Of a stretch of 64,000 nt of DNA, positions 61,136 through 64,000 are shown piece by piece. Position 1 is the first letter of the stretch; every line of letters starts with the position of its first letter. The DNA comes from a virus (taxonomy: Duplodnaviria; Heunggongvirae; Uroviricota; Caudoviricetes), in IMG/VR virus record IMGVR_UViG_3300025009_000056; one strand, 5' to 3'. The notes under the pieces were generated by a model, which was not told the origin of the DNA, did no database searches, and saw only the letters and a program-made list of their open reading frames with translations. The translations under genes and the position numbers were made by a program.

Positions 61136-61447
61136 GACAAAAAGCGTTTCTATTTTACTTTTTGGCACTTTTTATCCTGATTTGTAAAATAGAATGCATT
61201 TTTCAGCATCTAAATCCGGCATAAAAAAAGACCCGCTATTTTACTTTTTGGCTCTTTTTACCCTGTTTTGTAAAATAGAATACATTTTCAATCCATCAGC
61301 AAGCTTTAAAATCATGTTTCTATTTTACTTTTTGGCACTTTTTACCCCGATTTGTAAAACAGGATGCATTTTCAGCATCTAAATCCGGCATGAAAAAGAC
61401 CCGCTATTTTACTTTTTGGCACTTTTTACCCTAATTTGTAAAATAGA
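61136..61447. repeat. Intergenic repeat region 2: four ~43-bp units bounded by 9-bp inverted repeat CTATTTTAC...GTAAAATAG (61150..61192, 61236..61278, 61320..61362, 61404..61446), arranged as two ~170-bp super-units each containing a GATGC-loop-GCATC hairpin
   Basis: Direct reading; unit cores CTATTTTACTTTTTGGCACTTTTTACCC--ATTTGTAAAATAG; last unit overlaps the stop of gene 61431..62330. Confidence 0.65.
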
Positions 61448-62330
61448 AATACTTTTTCCCTGTATCCAGATGTTTTTGTTCACCGAGATAGTGATTCATT
61501 CGGTTATAGTTGTATTTTGCGATAGGCGCGTCATCGTATTGCCAGTTCACTATAAAATAATGCCTATTATCGTAATCAATCTCAGCTTTAAGTAGCTTAT
61601 ACTCCTGCCTTTTACACGTGTATTGATACTCGTCTATCAACTCCCTACATCTACTCTCGTATTCAGGAAGCACAAAGAAGCAGTCGGTAAGATAATACAG
61701 AAATCCATCTCCCAGCTCACGCGCGATAGACAGCGCAATATTATATACCGTATCAACCACATCAAGTCTCACTACAGATGTGTCCGAATGCTTTGTTTCA
61801 CATACATCTTTTTCACCGTCGAAAATAGTAATATTTCCACGCTTACTCAGACAGCCGATAGCGGCGTTTCGCGCATCCTTATATTCAGACTGTTTTTTAA
61901 ATCCGGCATTATACACTTTTTCATCTATTGCACCCAGATTGTATAGTGTATTGAAATAACAGGCATTAATATCCAGCCCAACTATATCAACTGGATTGCC
62001 TTTTTTCATCAAATCGACTAATGCATCCTCGTTGTAAAAAACTGTTTTGGAATTCATTCTCGCATTGTCTGTATTCATTGGAACATACAAACCGCGCTCC
62101 ACTCGTTTACGCACACACTTATCAACCAGATATATTATATGCACACCGTCAAGACGGCTTTCAATATTGGTTAAAATTGTCTGCGTTTTATATGCACCGG
62201 ATAAAAGAGGCTCGATTACAACACTTGATGTGTATTCAGTTGCTTTATATGGAATTTTAAGGCGGTGGTACATATCCACCAGCCGCTTATATTTTTCAAT
62301 CTGTACCTCTGAATAAGTTTTCTCGGACAT
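61431..62330 (-). CDS. Hypothetical protein (299 aa)
   Basis: ORF tiling; stop TAG at 61431..61433 lies inside repeat unit 4. Confidence 0.5.
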   Translation of the reverse strand: MSEKTYSEVQIEKYKRLVDMYHRLKIPYKATEYTSSVVIEPLLSGAYKTQTILTNIESRLDGVHIIYLVDKCVRKRVERGLYVPMNTDNARMNSKTVFYNEDALVDLMKKGNPVDIVGLDINACYFNTLYNLGAIDEKVYNAGFKKQSEYKDARNAAIGCLSKRGNITIFDGEKDVCETKHSDTSVVRLDVVDTVYNIALSIARELGDGFLYYLTDCFFVLPEYESRCRELIDEYQYTCKRQEYKLLKAEIDYDNRHYFIVNWQYDDAPIAKYNYNRMNHYLGEQKHLDTGKKYFYFTN

Positions 62331-62331
62331 G

Positions 62332-63006
62332 TTAGATATTAACCTCTTGCATGTATTTATTCAAAACATCAACAAATGGCTTTGCTTCCTCTGGAGAATA
62401 TTTATCATTCTTATCCGGATTGTCTAAATTCTGAGATGCTATATAAGCCTGAGCCTCATCCATGAACACCGTCTCATGGTATTTCTTTTCATCTAGAAAA
62501 TCCATAAGCCCATTCCACGACTCGCCGCTCTGCCCCCTCAACAGCTCATCCATATCACAACGATACTCTTTATCAGTACAATACAGACCATGAGCTATTT
62601 CATGTTTCATTGATTCGGCATCACCTTTCAAACAGGCTATAAGGTAGCAGCTATCAGCAAGACTTCCGCATTCCAACATTTCAACTATTCCCCTGTAAAT
62701 AGAATGTAATTCTCGGTCATATTTATTGCTAATAATAAATTTTGATTCATCATCACGCATAAGATTCCAATATGTATTCAAAGGGAAGTTGTATCCAATA
62801 AAATCGTCCGGATACGAGAATTTATTTCCATGTTGCTTTGCGTACCATTCAATGTAATCGAGAATATCAAAACTCTTTCTGTAAAAATCCAGATTATCGC
62901 TTTCGTAATATTCCTGACACCGCAGACAAGTCATTGCCATATCGTAAGCATCTTCGAATTCCACCAAAAATATTTTAGGTGTTAAGCGCCGGATATTCCA
63001 TTCCAT
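62332..63006 (-). CDS. Hypothetical protein with HExxH motif (possible Zn-metallopeptidase; 224 aa)
   Basis: ESMKHEIAHGLYCTD. Confidence 0.35.
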   Translation of the reverse strand: MEWNIRRLTPKIFLVEFEDAYDMAMTCLRCQEYYESDNLDFYRKSFDILDYIEWYAKQHGNKFSYPDDFIGYNFPLNTYWNLMRDDESKFIISNKYDRELHSIYRGIVEMLECGSLADSCYLIACLKGDAESMKHEIAHGLYCTDKEYRCDMDELLRGQSGESWNGLMDFLDEKKYHETVFMDEAQAYIASQNLDNPDKNDKYSPEEAKPFVDVLNKYMQEVNI

Positions 63007-63011
63007 GATTT

Positions 63012-63242
63012 TTAGTTTTTGGTTTCTTTCAATAAAGACTTAATATTTTTCAGCTCCCTGTATGTGAGAGAGCCGACCCGCTTAAATATTTCCTCACCGG
63101 ACTTCACTACATCCGACTGATTAACACAGCCCATGTTTTTGGCAATTATCCCAATAAATATTGTTTCAAGACTCGTTACCCGCTGTTTATCAATAGGGGA
63201 TAACTGACTCCTTTTGCTTTCACTACTCAATTTACCACGCAT
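63012..63242 (-). CDS. Hypothetical protein (76 aa)
   Basis: ORF tiling. Confidence 0.45.
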   Translation of the reverse strand: MRGKLSSESKRSQLSPIDKQRVTSLETIFIGIIAKNMGCVNQSDVVKSGEEIFKRVGSLTYRELKNIKSLLKETKN

Positions 63243-63253
63243 ATTAATGGGTT

Positions 63254-63943
63254 TTATTTATTCAGGTTTTTCAATGCTGCGAAATATTCTTTTTTCGTTA
63301 TCAACTTTTTTTCGAATTGTTTTTCCAAAGACCGGATACTGGCCTTTTTTATAGCGAGCCGCTCCCGTGACTTAGCTTTTTCTTTTTCAGAGGAAACCTT
63401 TAGCTTTGCTGTTGATTTTATCTTTTGTTGCTTTGTTTTTTCTTTTTCGAGTTTTACCTCCTCTTTCAGCTTTTTTGTTTTTTCCCTATCGGCTTTTAAT
63501 TGCAGTTCGAGTTTTTTCAATTCGTCCTGCTGTTGCTCACGGGACTCTTTAAGTTCAGCCAACAAATCTTCCTCTGATACGATTTCCGCTACCGGAATAT
63601 TTTCACGCTCCGGAATAATGTCTTCAGGCAAACCAGAAATAGACGAATACGTTTCTTTATCCATCAGCAACCGGAAAACAACCGTAATAGAATTACCCTT
63701 GCTTAATTTTTCGGTTTCAATGTCATCAAGAATAACGCGGACTCCGGAATACTGCGACTTCTTGTTTTTCTTGACATTGAATTTATCTTTCAACCCTTTC
63801 CAGATAGAGGAAACAGCCATTGCGCTCTCTCCGGAAAAAACGGAGTTTATACCATTGTAACCGCCGACCACTCCGGCTCCATCGAAATCAACTTTATCAC
63901 CCCACTCTGGGTGAAAGAATTTAGATGTGAGTAAATCATTCAT
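63254..63943 (-). CDS. Coiled-coil charged protein (229 aa; frame stays open upstream to window end, so may be the C-terminal part of a longer protein)
   Basis: Lys/Glu-rich coiled-coil C-terminus; upstream in-frame codons VKNIVYAYGDFSWWEFDGI have no stop before position 64000. Confidence 0.45.
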   Translation of the reverse strand: MNDLLTSKFFHPEWGDKVDFDGAGVVGGYNGINSVFSGESAMAVSSIWKGLKDKFNVKKNKKSQYSGVRVILDDIETEKLSKGNSITVVFRLLMDKETYSSISGLPEDIIPERENIPVAEIVSEEDLLAELKESREQQQDELKKLELQLKADREKTKKLKEEVKLEKEKTKQQKIKSTAKLKVSSEKEKAKSRERLAIKKASIRSLEKQFEKKLITKKEYFAALKNLNK

Positions 63944-64000
63944 TATGCCGTCGAATTCCCACCAAGAAAAGTCACCGTATGCATAAACGATATTTTTTAC

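Noticed and set aside
61136-61447. Possible CRISPR array
   Set aside because: The repeat units are ~43 bp dyads and the intervening 'spacers' are themselves repeated. There is no leader or cas genes, and the second locus has only two units. This fits an operator or origin-type repeat, not CRISPR.
63943-64000. Separate short minus-strand gene at the right edge overlapping by ATGA
   Set aside because: The frame ending in TAA at 63943..63945 begins only at an ATG ~40 nt upstream. The alternative frame simply extends the 63254..63943 ORF upstream. It cannot be resolved from 57 nt.

Overview
This 64-kb window is AT-rich and densely packed, and every gene lies on the minus strand. It looks like a dsDNA phage or prophage-derived region, probably from a Bacteroidetes-infecting phage (-7 boxes TACATTTG/TATCTTTG, match TAnnTTTG; -33 element visible only at 20209..20240). 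Translation uses the standard genetic code. Several ORF-track entries begin on TTG and are trimmed below. From 1 to ~20.2 kb there are three consecutive giant multidomain 'polyvalent'-type proteins: one partial, one of 3049 aa, and one of ~3016-3042 aa. These carry diphtheria-toxin/PARP-like (H-Y-E class) ADP-ribosyltransferase modules, a gamma-class N6-adenine DNA methyltransferase domain, an HEWFH zincin metallopeptidase domain, a ParB-like nuclease domain, long coiled coils, and a recurring [FY]E[DN]GG motif (about 19 copies). From 20 to 30 kb there is a recombination module: a RecT annealing protein, an SbcC/SMC/RecF-like ATPase and a PD-(D/E)xK exonuclease, with many small Cys-rich zinc-ribbon proteins interspersed. 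From 36.6 to 42.9 kb there is an NAD+/ADP-ribose island: a CX3CX2C radical-SAM-like protein, a macro domain protein, a NADAR protein, a NAMPT-like protein and a Prs-like protein. The last two look like the NARP1-type Adps+Namat NAD+ reconstitution pair. From 43 to 64 kb the calls include a Bro-N-like protein, a metallophosphoesterase, a membrane/lipoprotein cluster, a SEC-C motif protein, an SPFH/band-7 protein, a HAD phosphatase, a J-domain protein and an HExxH protein. This stretch also holds a three-member paralog family of ~160 aa proteins (28.6, 49.8 and 58.8 kb), tRNA-Met(CAU), and a truncated tRNA-like element. Two homologous intergenic regions (~51.0-51.5 kb and ~61.0-61.45 kb) carry a conserved promoter and iterated 9-bp inverted-repeat units. 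Most small ORFs have no recognisable function.
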